Positions 28,589 to 43,544 are shown, counted from the first letter of the stretch. The stretch: 64,000 nucleotides of DNA from Eledone cirrhosa (GCA_964016885.1 OZ024756.1:26164001-26228000); one strand, 5' to 3'. Made by a program: numbers and translations. Notes: generated from the sequence alone by a model not told the origin.

Positions 28589-28593
28589 GTATA

Positions 28594-28663
<70 letters not shown>

Positions 28664-28697
28664 ATGTATTATATATATATATATATATATAATTAAG

Positions 28698-28789
<92 letters not shown>

Positions 28790-28790
28790 C

Positions 28791-28894
<104 letters not shown>

Positions 28895-28925
28895 TATATA
28901 TATATATATATATATATAATTAAGT

Positions 28926-28951
<26 letters not shown>

Positions 28952-28956
<5 letters not shown>

Positions 28957-29152
28957 GTGGTTACACAACAGCTGGTTCACCAGACCGAGAACAATTGTTT
29001 CACCCTAGCGGATCCTCCGAGCTGAGGATCCGCTAGGGTGAAACAATTGTTCTCGGTCTGGTGAACCAGCTGTTGTGTAACCACTTCTACCTAACTCGTC
29101 CCATGGACTGAGTGCTCTACCACTACGGATATTACCTTCCAGTGTTCCATCA
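28952..29152 (+). mobile_element. Fold-back half-hammerhead element, family H2
   Basis: Perfect 66-bp arms (28952-29017 / 29024-29089). The right arm has GAAA-CAATTG-TT (29040-29051), then a 63-nt tail. (TA)n on both sides. Confidence 0.7.
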
Positions 29153-29170
29153 CTATATATATATATATAT

Positions 29171-29745
29171 GGTGGCTGCCAACTCGTTTTCGAGTACGGC
29201 CACTACTTTATATCCATGTAGGAGAACCCTACCGATGCGCTGAACGAGTGTGACTTTTTAGTCCAGCCAGTGACTTGAAAACTCTGGTACAAACACTACA
29301 CTTGTGACAATTATCGACACATAGTGCTGGCCCATGGTACCATGTGACGACAAGTGCAGAGAGATCTCCAGATACAAAGCAATGCCTGTGTCGTGAAGCT
29401 TTATAGTGTGCAAAGGCACTGCACAAAGCCAGTCCCACTCTCTTAACCAAGATGATATTTACCAAAAAGAAGAACAAGTCAACATCATTGGATACCATCA
29501 GGGTTGCAGGTGTTATATCAGAGTTTTCCTTCTCCTAGAATTCTGCCTTGACAAAGGCTAAGGGGTCATCTCTCCCAGTGATTTTGGATGGCCATTGACT
29601 CTTAAGAGCTCCTTTGCCCTTTGACAGATTTTGTTTTTAGTCCTGCAGGATGTCCAAAGTCACCCTCCTCACCAAGAAACCTTGGTGGGGTTGCCAGTTT
29701 AGTCGCCAACGACCCGACCATGAGACAGGTTGTACTGGGATACAT
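29171..29745 (-). mobile_element. Non-autonomous bipartite RTE-derived element (~580 bp)
   Basis: Reverse complement of 54518-55098. Has an RTE-type 5' UTR motif (ctaggagaaggaaaactctga) and a 3' C2H2 remnant CSVCTRVFKSLAGLKSHTRSAH. Confidence 0.7.
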
Positions 29746-30099
29746 GTATATATATATACAAGCGCAAAAACACACAACCACCACTCTCTCTCTTCTCTGA
29801 CTTCCTCTCTATCTCAGTCTCTCTATCTCTTTCTCTCCCCTCTCTCTCTACACGCATATATATATATATATAATTTGTTATGTAGAAATAAAGATTTTGA
29901 TTTATGTCCATTTGTATATTTACAGGAGATGCTATTCCATCAAACATTCAATACTGTTTCACTAATATGGATGGGATTGTCCGTTGAATCATATACAACA
30001 CCCTTCCTTGGACTTATCTTACACTTATTAACGTCGAAAACTTAAATTTGATTACACCGCATAAATGGAATGAATCCCTTTCTTTAGATATATAAACTC

Positions 30100-30130
<31 letters not shown>

Positions 30131-30437
30131 ATTTCATAACAGGAGAAATATAGGAAAAAGAAAACAACAACAACAACAACAAAAAAAAAGGCTGAAAAAT
30201 AAGAAGGACAGCATAATTTCTAATGGCGGTGGAATATTATTTTTCATGTTAGTTCTTCATTTTCCGAAGCGACCTTTTTACAAAGAAATGCGTAGGCAAA
30301 CAGATAAGAATTTTTATGTAAATGCTGTCAATGTTTTTCAAATGGATTTCCAAGAGAAGAAGAAAAATGGCTGACGTAAGTACACTTCAACTACCATTTT
30401 TGTTTAATGTAGACATCTATCTATAAATGCGTATATA

Positions 30438-30484
<47 letters not shown>

Positions 30485-30870
30485 TAAACACATTATGAAT
30501 TGCTGGGAGATTTGAAATGTGAAAATTTAGATATGTGAGAATCCCAAACGCAGAAAATAGCTGTAAAAACAGTCGATTGCTTTAGAAAATAGTTGACAAA
30601 CCCGGGTAAATTTCTCTTAGAGACCCAAAATGTGGCCAGAGTTGTCTACGAGGAATCGAACCTGTGTCTTTCGAATATCTTACAAGAATGCTTATTTCAA
30701 GTTTAAAGCTTTTTCTGAACATTTTTTACATTTTCTCTTCTACAGGAAGTAGTTGTAATATTCAGTAACAAAATGGCATGTTATGTTTTGCTTAATAAAT
30801 GTTTATAATCAACGAAATACTTAATGCTCACCCAGTATATATTTATGTGTAAGTGTGTGTGTCTGTGTGT

Positions 30871-30909
<39 letters not shown>

Positions 30910-30915
<6 letters not shown>

Positions 30916-31089
30916 GTTTCTACTTTTGGCACAAGGCCAGCAATTATCCCAGTGCATTACTGGTACTTTATTTTATCGACCCCGTAAGGATGAAAGGCAA
31001 AGTTAACCTCGGCGGGATTTGAACTCGGACCGTAAAGGGACGTAACGGTGCTGGAAAGTATGGCGTCCGGCCTTCTACCGATACTGCCA
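30910..31089 (-). mobile_element. SINE family A
   Basis: Near full-length reverse complement of the 3218-3401 family. Confidence 0.85.
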
Positions 31090-32538
31090 GTCTTAGGTCT
31101 TTCGGTGTCATGAGGTACACCAGGCAACAAGCTTCTGCGAAGCACAGTCGATTAGCCACGGTTCTCCTCGCTCATATCCTATTAATTCCTGTGTATCTGG
31201 GCTCCTTCTGGAATGTTCAGTACCAGATGTATTCTTGCGTCACCTACTCCTCCCTTTTCCCTTCTCCAGTGTCCACCATACTGCAGCACTTGCATGCTGA
31301 GCGCATACCATACACAAAATGTCAAAATGGGACCCCGCCACCCCAAGAAAAACCGATGCAGTGCCACAGTGTTTTACTGTGCTAGAGAGATAAATAGATC
31401 GATAGACAGATAAATAAACAGATAGATTTCTTTATTAGCCACAAGGGCGCAACAAGAAAGGGGACAATACAAAGACATGCCGGGGATAAATAAACAGATA
31501 GACAAACAGATAGATGGAGAGACATATAGACAGGTAGATATATAGATAGATAATAGGGAGATAGATAGATAGATAGATAGGCTGTTTAAACAAACGGGCA
31601 GACATGGGATTAAAGACGAAATCTGCCTCAACAACAACACCACCACCACCACCACCACCACCACCAAAACCATCATCATCAACACCACTATCACCATTAC
31701 CACCACCACCACCACCATAACCATCGTCACCACCACCACCATAACCATCGTCACCACCACCACCACCACCATCACCACCACCATCACCGCCTCCATCACC
31801 ACAAACACCACCACCAACAACACCATCACCACCACCACCACCACCACCGCCACCGCCACACACACACCATCCTTCACTACTTCCCTATTATCTCCCCCCC
31901 CCTCCTCCAACAACAACAGTAACAATATCATCAACAACAAAAATAACACCAATAACAAGAACACCACCTACTACAACAACTGTATCAATAAGAATAAAAC
32001 AGCAGCAACAATATGAACCCCCCCATATCATCCCATCACCGCCACCATCACCCCCCACCACTAACCCCCACCCCAACCACCACTGCCTCAACCACCACCA
32101 CCACCACCAATGCTAACAACAGCAATAACAATAACAACTACAGACTAAGTAGGAAAACATGAAAAAGAGAAGCAGATCTAACTGTATCGATATACAGAAA
32201 TCAATCGACTGTAGGAGCAATAAATATATCGCTTATATAAAAAAAATCCTTAAGCAGACGTTCAATGAAATTGTAAAGAAAGAAACAAAACAAAAAACAC
32301 CAACAAAAAACAAAAGTAATACCACCCATAGACACATACACGCATACACGCTCACATGCATACACATGCACTCACATGCACACATCCAACCACACATGTA
32401 TATACATGCATATATACATGCATATATACATGCATATATACAGGCATATATACAGGCATATACATATATATCCATATATTCGTGCATATACATAAACATA
32501 CATTTATACATGTGTTCATATATATGTATCTATACACA

Positions 32539-32583
<45 letters not shown>

Positions 32584-32989
32584 CTACAATCGTATGCACA
32601 TATGCACTCACACATGTACACCTACACATGCATACACATACATACACACACAAACGCCTACACAGGCATATACACACATATGTATATAAACATATATCCA
32701 CGTACACATATATTCATGCAATGTAAGAATCAGACGTGACTGGTTTACAATTGTAATCTGCTTGAAAGACAAATGTAAGATGGCGTATAAACTGCAGTAT
32801 TTATTCTTCAGCAATATTGTTGGCCATTATTGCTGGCGCACCATGGTTAAGGAGTTAGCTCTGTAATCAGAAGGTCCTGGGTTCGATCCCATTGCGAGCT
32901 ATCTTGGGTAAGTGTCATTTATCATAGCCTTGGGTCGACACAAATGAAATTGGGTAGATAGGAACTGTTTAGAAGTCTGTTACGGGAAC

Positions 32990-33232
32990 TATTCTACCCG
33001 TAATTTCAAGAGCCAGCTTTGTCATACTCTGTGTTACGTTGAATCTCTCTGATAATTACGTTATGGGTACACGTGTCTGTGGAATACTCAACCACTTAGA
33101 CTATAATACAAAATGGATTATTGTACCTGTAATTCAAAGGGTCAGCCTTGCCCCACACTGTGTCATCGCTGAATTTCTCTAAGAATTACGTTAAGAGTAG
33201 ACATGTCTGTGGAGTACTCAACCACTTACACA
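32990..33232 (+). repeat. Two tandem copies of a ~125-bp dispersed repeat; related pieces at 38990-39085 and 60850-60940
   Basis: gtaatt.caa.g.g.cagc.ttg...ctgtgt..cg.tgaat.tctct...aattacgtta.g.gta.ac.tgtctgtgga.tactcaaccactta occurs twice. Confidence 0.7.
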
Positions 33233-33737
33233 TGTATGCGGTGGAGAATGGCAGTTCGGGGACGGAGGTCTCGCCGGCGAGCGGCACGAATATGTGAAAT
33301 CCTGGGGGAATAATTGGAAATACTTTAAAAAACAAAAACAAAACAAAAAAAAAATGTCATTCTTCTTGGCGACATTTGTATTGAGAAATGTGACGACCTT
33401 TCTTATTTGAAACGTCTCAAGTATTAACTAAGCTATCTGCATCTTTAATATGAAAGTTCACTAATGATTTAAAAAAAATAACTAAATCAATAAGATTCTT
33501 GGATTTCCGTCTAATAAAAGAATTTTAAAAGTCATTATTAATTTTTATTCAGAAAAAATTCTTTGGTTCTTACTCCAACCAACCCCAATTTTCTTTCAGA
33601 CAGAATTTATAGATTTTTTTCTTATCTAAATTTATTTTTTCGTGTTATGCACTTTCTTGATATATATTTTCTAGCAGAAGTTAGTATCACTAATAGTATC
33701 ACTAACTAGGAGTTAGTATCACTGATAGTATCACTAA

Positions 33738-34195
33738 CGGAAGCATTGTTTTCTTGGTTTGATCTGATGATAAGCTCCTTTCTTCTGCCATGACTTGTGA
33801 CTGACAGATAGTATCAACCGTGGAAAGACCAATGGAAACATTGTTTCTTTGGTCTGATCTTATGATCAGCTTCTTTCTTCTGCCAGGAATTGTGACCAAC
33901 AGATAGTATCAGTATCAACAATGGAAAGACCAATGGGAACGTTGTTTCCTTGGTCTGATCTGATGATAAGTTCCTTTCTTCTGTTAGTTGTGACCAACAG
34001 ATAGTGTCAACAATAGAAAGACCAATGGAAACATTGTTTCTTTGGTTTAATCTGATGGAAACATTACTTCCTTGGTCTGATCTGATGATAAAATCTTTTC
34101 TTCTGCCAGGAGTTGTAACTGACAGATAATATCAGCAATGGAATGACCAATGGAAGCACTGCTTCCTTGGCCCGAACTGATGATCAGCTCCTTTT
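33738..34195. repeat. Degenerate ~95-100-bp tandem array; dispersed reverse-strand monomers at 24451-24552 and 36981-37080
   Basis: Repeated ggaaagaccaatggaaacattgtttc.ttggtctgatctgatgat. Confidence 0.8.
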
Positions 34196-34491
34196 TTTTC
34201 TTCTTCTAGTCTTTGCAATCTCGCAAATGATAGAGACTACAATTTTCAATTTCTAGATAATTGTTCTAGATAATTAAAGCGTCAAATCTTATACAACAGT
34301 ATTTCGATCAAAATGTCCTTATCATAATTATCGAATCATAATTAATTTGACTGAGGTGTGGATGATTAAATTGTATTGATCCAAATTATTTTCTCTCACA
34401 TAGTTTGTTAGTTCATTCGTATTCTCAGGATACACCATTTCACAGTTGTGCCTGCCGAAGAGAAACAAACTTGCTGCGTATGTGAATGAGG

Positions 34492-34545
<54 letters not shown>

Positions 34546-34707
34546 TGTGTGTGATTATAGAAATATGTACGCATAAGCATGTTTATTTTCACGTATTCAC
34601 AAAATGTTTGTAAAATTATTCACCCTCATACACACATAAATTTTAGTGAGAACTGATCACAACTTAAAATGTCCACAGCGAGACTGAACGTATGTCTATT
34701 ATGCATA

Positions 34708-34763
<56 letters not shown>

Positions 34764-34929
34764 TATAGCAATGGCTTCTACGGGACTAGAACTGTTTCAT
34801 TCGAACGAAACAGTTATAAATGCTTATAAATCCATGCTATACATGTTTAAAAAATTGAGCATATGTGCTCAGTTTTTCATCATATTTGCAACTTGTGACT
34901 TAGTCTTCACAGAAATCTTGCAAATATTT

Positions 34930-34983
34930 GTACCCGATGAGAAACTGAGCGTGTAAGCTCACATTTTGAAACACGTGTGGTAT
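34930..34983 (+). pseudogene. Mutated hammerhead relic (U4C, N17=G)
   Basis: gtac CCGATGA gaaa-c-tgagc-gtgtaa-gctca-ca-tttt GAAA cacgtg TG gtat. Palindromic stem III retained. Confidence 0.6.
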
Positions 34984-35045
34984 TTACTATTTCAAAATAT
35001 ATTATAACGTTTCTCCCAAGATTCAGTTCTCTCCACACTATTAAA

Positions 35046-35297
35046 TATATCAGCCTGTAGGTTGAGGAAAAAGAGGAGGAGAAGAAAGGAGTACAAACTC
35101 TTCGTACTCCTGGAGATGAGGGTTGCACATTTTTTCGGGGGTATGTGTTACCCATATGAAATGTCTCCCCCTATTGGCGAAAATCGACTAATTTTAAATT
35201 GCATTTGTGATAATATTTTACACGTTTTTATTGTATGTAAACTTCCCCCTTTGTATTTGTCCCCTTCTTTTGTGCCCCTGTGGCTAATAAAGAAACA

Positions 35298-35300
<3 letters not shown>
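35046..35300 (+). mobile_element. Tx1-like LINE 3' end abutting (ATCT)n
   Basis: gcctgtaggttgaggaa...gtggctaataaagaaacat(atct)n. Homologous to 57070-57370(-). Confidence 0.8.
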
Positions 35301-35350
<50 letters not shown>

Positions 35351-35437
35351 GTCTATCCACGTTTCTATCAATCTCTCACCCCCTCTCTCTTTATATATAT
35401 ATATATATACATATATACATGCACACACACACACACA

Positions 35438-35497
<60 letters not shown>

Positions 35498-35899
35498 TAT
35501 ATAAAGAGAAAGAGAGAGAAAGAGAGAGAAAGATAGTGAGTAGGTTAGAGAGAGTGAGAGAGATAGATAGATAGCATACATCATGCCAGGTATTTTATTC
35601 AATTTTATATAACAATAATCGATCACATAATAGTGATATTACATTGACTAGTAACATTTCACTTCTTTATTTCCTCCTTAAATCTAATTAATGTATATTG
35701 GAGTCCGTTGTTTGATGTTAAGTAAGCTCACGTAAAGATTGCTTGTAAAAGACGGCAGCTCATAAATCTGATTGAAGTAGATACGTAGCCCAACCTTAGA
35801 TATGGTATCGTTGTGGTGTGGCTTTTAACTATCATACATTCCTATACAACACATACATACATTCCGTGAACGCTTCGTTTGTCTGTCTATACGATACAT

Positions 35900-36590
35900 G
35901 TTCGTCTATAAGACATACGCTTTGTTCATCTATTCTATAATACACATTATGTTTGTCTATAAGACACAATATATTCGTCTATAAGACACACTATTTTCAT
36001 CTATAAAACATACTATAAGATATATACTACGTTCCGTCTATAGGACATACTATTTTCGCCTATAAGACACAATATATTCGTCTATAAGACACACTATTTT
36101 CATCTATAAAACATACTATAAGATATATACTACGTTCCGTCTATAGGACATACTATTTTCGCCTATAAGACACAATATATTCATCTACAAGACACGCTAT
36201 TTTCATCTACAAAACATACAACTATATACTACGTTCGTCTATAAGGCACACTATTTACGCCTATAAAACACAATATATTCGTCTATCAGACACACCATTT
36301 TCATCTATAAAACATACTACAAGATATATACTATGTTCGTAATATATTCGTCTATCAGACACACTATTTTCATCTATAAAACATACTACAAGATATATAC
36401 TACGTTCGTCTATAAGACACACTATTATCGTCTATAAGACACAATATATTCGTCTCTGAGACACTATTTTTATCTATAAAACACAACTATATACTACGTT
36501 CATCTATAAGACACAATATATTCATCTATAAGACACTATTTTCACCTATAAAACATACTACATTCGTCTATAAGACTCACTATGTTCGTC
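35900..36590. repeat. Degenerate minisatellite (tctataagacac../ctataaaacatac.. subunits, ~100-bp higher-order unit)
   Basis: Direct reading. Confidence 0.85.
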
Positions 36591-36893
36591 AAAAAGAAAC
36601 ATTTTACGACATACACTATGTACATCTTATTCTATAAGACACATTGGTCTAATTCTGGACGTCCGCAGTCCTTTATATTCTCAATCACCACATATTCTCT
36701 ATTATCTCTCATTAAGCCTGTTTGTGTTCAATCCTTTCCTGTTCCCATCCTTTCTCTCTCTCACTCTCTGCTCCACCTCTCACACACTCTCTCTCACTCC
36801 CATTCTCTCGCTTTATTTCTCTCTCTTTCTCCCAATTTCTTTCCCCAAATTTCACTCTCTCTCTATCTCCCACACATTTCCTTAGAAAATCTA

Positions 36894-36980
<87 letters not shown>

Positions 36981-37077
36981 CAGTCGATCGAATTTTTAGT
37001 CAAATCGGACCGAGGAAACTATGTTTCCGTTGGTCTTTCCAATTGCTAATACTATCTATCGGTCGCAACTCCAGGTA

Positions 37078-37142
<65 letters not shown>

Positions 37143-37154
37143 TATATAATATAT

Positions 37155-37187
<33 letters not shown>

Positions 37188-37192
37188 AATAT

Positions 37193-37303
<111 letters not shown>

Positions 37304-37304
37304 A

Positions 37305-37339
<35 letters not shown>

Positions 37340-37422
37340 CGTTATTCCGGGTTGAATCGGAGGTAACCACAGTAAGTAAGGTACTCAATACATAGCAGAG
37401 TATAACAGTTTTAATATAGATG

Positions 37423-37473
37423 AGATTCTACAGGACTAGAACTGTTTCATTCATTAGAAATCATCAGGAATCT
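37423..37473 (-). ncRNA. Mirror copy of the 38103-38153 hammerhead motif
   Basis: Reverse complement in the left arm. A 3'-half fragment of the same family lies at 34776-34802(-). Confidence 0.7.
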
Positions 37474-38102
37474 GGGTATCAAAAAATAAATATGGTATTT
37501 ATAGGTCTCTACAAGTGGTAGGAGAGGGTGGGGAGTTGGATGGGTGCAGGTCATTGGTTGATAGAAAAGGGAATTGATTAAAAGCTAATTCTACAAAGCT
37601 ATAGTTAATTTTTATTTATATTTATTTATGTTTTTAGAGTAACAAAGGCAGACAAAATTCTATAAACAGGTTCCGGATGGCATACCATTCCTTGTCAATA
37701 AGTTTCTCTTAAGCTAACAGATGTCTATAAAATCAGTGGGGGGTCAGTCAAGCTCGATAGAATTAAAGAAGAGGGAGATTCTTTAAAAGCTAAAGAATCT
37801 CCCTCTTCTTTAATTCTATCGAGCTTGACTGACCCCCCACTGATTTTATAGACATCTGTTAGCTTAAGAGAAACTTATTGACAAGGAATGGTATGCCATC
37901 CGGAACCTGTTTATAGAATTTTGTCTGCCTTTGTTACTCTAAAAACATAAATAAATATAAATAAAAATTAACTATAGCTTTGTAGAATTAGCTTTTAATC
38001 AATTCCCTTTTCTATCAACCAATGACCTGCACCCATCCAACTCCCCACCCTCTCCTACCACTTGTAGAGACCTATAAATACCATATTTATTTTTTGATAC
38101 CC

Positions 38103-38153
38103 AGATTCCTGATGATTTCTAATGAATGAAACAGTTCTAGTCCTGTAGAATCT
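38103..38153 (+). ncRNA. Type I hammerhead motif in the right arm of the palindrome
   Basis: agattc CTGATGA t-ttc-taat-gaa-t GAAA cag-ttctagtc-ctg TA gaatct, GUA site. Stem II is short and closed by U.U, so it may be weak. Confidence 0.7.
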
Positions 38154-38155
38154 CA

Positions 38156-38253
<98 letters not shown>

Positions 38254-38266
38254 TATATATATATAA

Positions 38267-38371
<105 letters not shown>

Positions 38372-38372
38372 A

Positions 38373-38409
<37 letters not shown>

Positions 38410-38518
38410 TGTATATATATATATAAATATGTATATATATATATAAATATATATAAATATGTATATATATATATAAATATATATAAATATGTATATATAT
38501 ATATAAATATATATAAAT

Positions 38519-38700
<182 letters not shown>

Positions 38701-39364
38701 TAAATCATGTCCTTAGAATTATTAGATAAAATATATATATATATCCCTCTCCCTTCCTATGGATGTAATCGCATGTGAGAGTGAATTAGCTCTGCCAAGT
38801 TTAAAGTGTCCAAGACATGATATATGCCACTGCGGCACCCCCACGACCCAACAAGTGTTAAAAGTTTATATATATACAATACACATACATAAAGTTATAC
38901 GCCATTGAGGTTATTTTTCCACACTATGAGGCCACAGTTTTAAGATTTCAAATCACTACTTGTTTTTTCTTTACGTGTATATCTGTTGATCACTGCACCA
39001 CGCTGAGAACTGAGCCAAGGGGTGGAAAACTCAGCCACTTGCAAGTTAATTTCACAAGCAGGCTGTCGTTGTAACCGACGGAAACTCACCACAGCAGTTT
39101 CTAGCTATAAATATCACAAAGTATTTTATTCAACACGGAAAATCTGGTTTAATTTTCAATGATATACAACAACCATTGATGACTTAGCATTATCGATGGA
39201 GTGTATCGATTATTTTTTAAAAGGAACTGGTTCAAGTAGTGATGACCGTAGGGGTGGTAGTGGTGGTGTTGGTGTTGTATTTGTTGGTGGTGTTAGTAGG
39301 GGAGATATAATGGTGGGAGTGATGGTGGAGGTGGTGGTTGTTGCAGCGGATTTTCTTGTATACA

Positions 39365-39802
39365 TATGGTGGACGAGGTTGAGAGGACTGAGGCCAGATG
39401 CCTTTCTCTCCGGACAATAATTGATTCCCTTCTTTAAGTATCACTTTAGAAGGAGAATCAGGGTGGAGAGAGAGGCACTGCACCCCAGTAAATTTACTGA
39501 AAGGTGGGTGAATGAAGCGAAAATGGCCCGAGTGATTGGGCCTTCTCTGTTTATAAGCCTGTAGGTTGAGGAAGAGAGCAAAAGGAAGAAAGGAGCACTT
39601 GCACAACACGCTCCTGGAGTTGAGGGTTGTTCTATCGACGGAGTATTAAACAACCCATTTGTGGCGCCTCCCCCTATTGGGGATTTCGATTGTTGTAATT
39701 GTTTGTTTTTATATTTTGTACACGACTGTATGTAAAATCCCCGGCATGTCTTTGTATTGTCCTCTTTTCTTGTGCGCCCTTGTGGCTAATAAAGAAATAT
39801 AA

Positions 39803-39805
<3 letters not shown>
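39365..39805 (+). mobile_element. 5'-truncated Tx1-like LINE (end of ORF2 plus 3' UTR) abutting (CTAT)n
   Basis: IWWTRLRGLRPDAFLSGQ matches the C-terminus of ORF 57645-59006. Ends ggctaataaagaaat. Confidence 0.85.
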
Positions 39806-39870
<65 letters not shown>

Positions 39871-40360
39871 ATCTCTGCCCTTCTGTATATAAAAGCAATA
39901 TTATTCCACACGAATCCTATTAAACTGAGGAAATCAAAGACAGGAAATAACATGTTTGTTGATCATTACGCATGCGCATTAATGGAGAAATGGTCAGACG
40001 CCATTTCTGAAATTCGTCTTGATGATACAAAAACTGTGTCAGCTAAATCAGCTAAATTAGAAATCTTCTTAAACACCCAAGAATATATCATACTGCTCCG
40101 AGAGTATTTCATTCTAATCAAATTCCCTCATGCCCCCCCAAGGAAATAAACCAGAGACGTGATACCATTATCAAAGCTTTCCAGACAATTCACATTGACA
40201 ACACATTTTTCTTTTAAATAAAATTTTTCGTGAAACTTTAATCCGTTCATCACCATATTTTTAAAGAGTCCTTTCCTATCGTTTTCAAATAATTTTGAAA
40301 ATGATAATGATTCTGGAAGGAATTGATAATATATGTAACTTTCTCATTAACGCCGGTGTA

Positions 40361-40799
40361 GGGTGGTGGATTGGCAGTATCGGTAGAGAGTCGGACACCA
40401 TGCTTTGCTGCATAGAGTTACGGTCGTTTAGGGTCTGAGTTCAAATCCCGCCGAGATTAACTTTGCCCTTCATCATTACAGGGTCGATAAAATAAAGCAC
40501 CAGTAATGTACTGGGTAGATTTAATCGATTTTTCCTTCCGCCTCCCCCCAAAATTACTGGTTATGTGCCTATACTAGAAATCATTATTACGCCGGTGTAA
40601 GGGTGGTGGATTGGCAGTATCGGTAGAGGGTCGGACGCCACGCTTTGCAGCATAGAGTTACGGCCCTTTATGATCTGAGTTCAAATCACGCCTTACATTC
40701 TTACGAGGTCGATAAAATAAAGTACCAGTCATGCACTGGGGTCGACTTCCCCTTCCCCACAAATTGCTGGCCTTATGCCTATATAAGAAAGCATTATTA
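40361..40799 (+). mobile_element. Tandem pair of SINE family A copies
   Basis: Two units beginning gggtggtggattggcagtatcggtagag at 40361 and 40601. Confidence 0.85.
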
Positions 40800-41314
40800 C
40801 GCTCGTGTTTAAAGCAAGTTTCTGGCACAAGGCATGTCTTAGGCATTTTAAACCCAGAGAAACAAAGACGGAGCAGGCAAGACACTTTATTATTCATACT
40901 TTACAACCAAATATTGATACAATTGATCAGATTTGAGATAATTACTTTTCGGAGACTATTGATTATTGGTGACCCTAACACACCTAGAGATTATCAGTGG
41001 TAGACTAAAGTCTTGTGATACATAGGGAGATTATTGGTGCCACACTAAATTGTTGCAACACACTTAGAAATTATTGCTGCTGCTGCAAATACTAGTACCA
41101 TTACCATCACCACCACCACTAACAACAACAACAGCAACAACATCAGCCCCCTCACCACCAACAACAACAACAGCAACAACAAATCTTGATCTTTGTTTTT
41201 TAAACTGTGCTGTTGGTGATCGAACTTTGTGGAGAAAAATATATTATGTTGATGGGCAATCTGTAACTGGCGAACTTTAGCGTCAAAGTAAGTATCGTTA
41301 GATCAAGGCAGTAG

Positions 41315-41457
<143 letters not shown>

Positions 41458-41888
41458 AATTCGTTTTTTAATTTGTTTTGCAAGATTTCTTATCTGAAAA
41501 CGTGTGTTGAAACAGATAGTGTTATACTTTGGGAGGGTCATGCTGCCAATAATAACACACGCACCTGTTGGTTTTCACTTCAATTTATTATAAATTTCCG
41601 GTTGGTTGGTTCGATAGCCGGATGGTAGTTTATATATATTGTCAAAGCTCTTTCGTCCCACATTCTGTGACCTTCTCAGTGACTGGTGTTTTTATTTTGT
41701 GTCTCCCCTTTTTTCTGTCCTACATCATCTTGTTTTTGTGTGTTGTGAAAACCAGCAGTGACGTGTGTTTTTATTGGGAGCATATATACACACACAGATA
41801 CAGATATATACACACATATAGATATATTTACATAAACTTCCATATACACGCACGCACACAATCACTTACACATATGCATACATACACA

Positions 41889-42018
<130 letters not shown>

Positions 42019-42719
42019 CACATATATATATTAAACAGTTGTCATATGCAAATAAAGTTAATATATGCCCCGAGTTGATTCCTGCTTACTTTTATTTACT
42101 GTCTGTACCTTACAACCGCCCTAACCCTGGAGTACATATAACGATAAACCCCGCAAAACAAAAGATGGACCCTCGAAACAGCATTGAGTGCTTTAATCGG
42201 CGAATAGCATGTAACAATAGTTACACACATACCTATCACACACACACACGCATCTACAAATAGTCAGTTAAAATAAAGGGAATATTATATTTAATAATAT
42301 TTTTCAAGAGGCGTTAAAGCAAATTCGCGTACTTCAAGTTCGCGTAAAAAGAGAAACAGATTGTCAAGAAATGGCAACATGAATGGACCTATAATTTTTC
42401 TCTAAACATTTTTTCCAATTCCACCCTTCAATCTTTCTAATTTCTCATGCAGTGACTGATCGGCTAGTGACTGAGGTTGTTTGCATAATTGCAAACGAAT
42501 CGAATATTATTATTAATATTCGAACGCACTGGGTAATTGCTGGCCTTGTGCCTAAAGTAGAAACAATTATTAATATTCGAAAAACTCAGATTACATTTAT
42601 TGTATTCAGCCATGTTGAGCGATAATTTTATTCTTTTTATTTATTCTTTTTATTTATTCTTTTTATTTATTCTTTTTATTTATTCTTTTTATTTATTCTT
42701 TTTATTTATTATTTTTATT

Positions 42720-42761
<42 letters not shown>

Positions 42762-43544
42762 GACCGAATGCCAACAATTTTTATTTAAAGGAAAATGTAT
42801 TATAAAGTCCATGTTACAATGTTATGTTCGATTTTTATCAATACGTCGTATAAAAATATTGATTTTCTTTTTCTACTTTGTTGGCGTTGTTTTGATTGTT
42901 AATCAAAGCGCTATGTCAAAATCGCTAAATGAGGCGTTTCACAGTTATTTATATAATATAGTCTTTGAACAGTTTAAAAATAACACATTTATTGAGGTGG
43001 GACAATGCAGAAGTAATTACAACAGTTGTAGTGATAGAAATTTCGTACTCGGGAAGATAATTAACCGAAATTTATGATCAATTTATACCAATTATTAATT
43101 ATCGATTAATTTTATTATCAAGTCGAATGGAACTCTAGCACTTTTGTCTGTGAGTGATCGACTATAAGTGCTGGACAATGTGTGGTGGGCTATGAGTGGT
43201 GGACTATGAGTGGTGGACTATGTGTGGACTATTAGTGATGGATGAAATGCTTTATAGCATTCTGAATTCAAATCTCGCCGAGGCTAACTTTGTTTTTCAT
43301 CGTTCCGGGGTCGATAACAAACAATTAAACACACACACATACATATACCAGACTTGTCAACTCTTCCCGTCCGACGGGGAGATCTCCCACCCACTTTGAG
43401 GTCGGTGAGAGATGTCTTCTCTTGTGAAAATCGGTATAGCTTTCATTATGTAAAATCTCCACATTTTACCTCATTTCTCCCCGTTTTGGGGCACTTTTAT
43501 TCATGGTACTTCCGGTTTGGGTTTTTAGAGATTGGCAGGTCTGA

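Larger units (their letters stand above)
37414..38162. repeat. 749-bp palindrome (372-bp arms, 5-nt loop at 37786-37790) with a unique tail at 37341-37413, embedded in (TA)n
   Basis: Arms read as reverse complements wherever checked, e.g. gagggagattcttta / taaagaatctccctc. Confidence 0.92.

Noticed and set aside
33738-34195. CTGATGA plus GAAA in each unit read as a hammerhead or C/D snoRNA
   Set aside because: There is no stem II pairing, N17 would be G, stem I is only 3 bp, and there is no terminal stem or proper C/D spacing.
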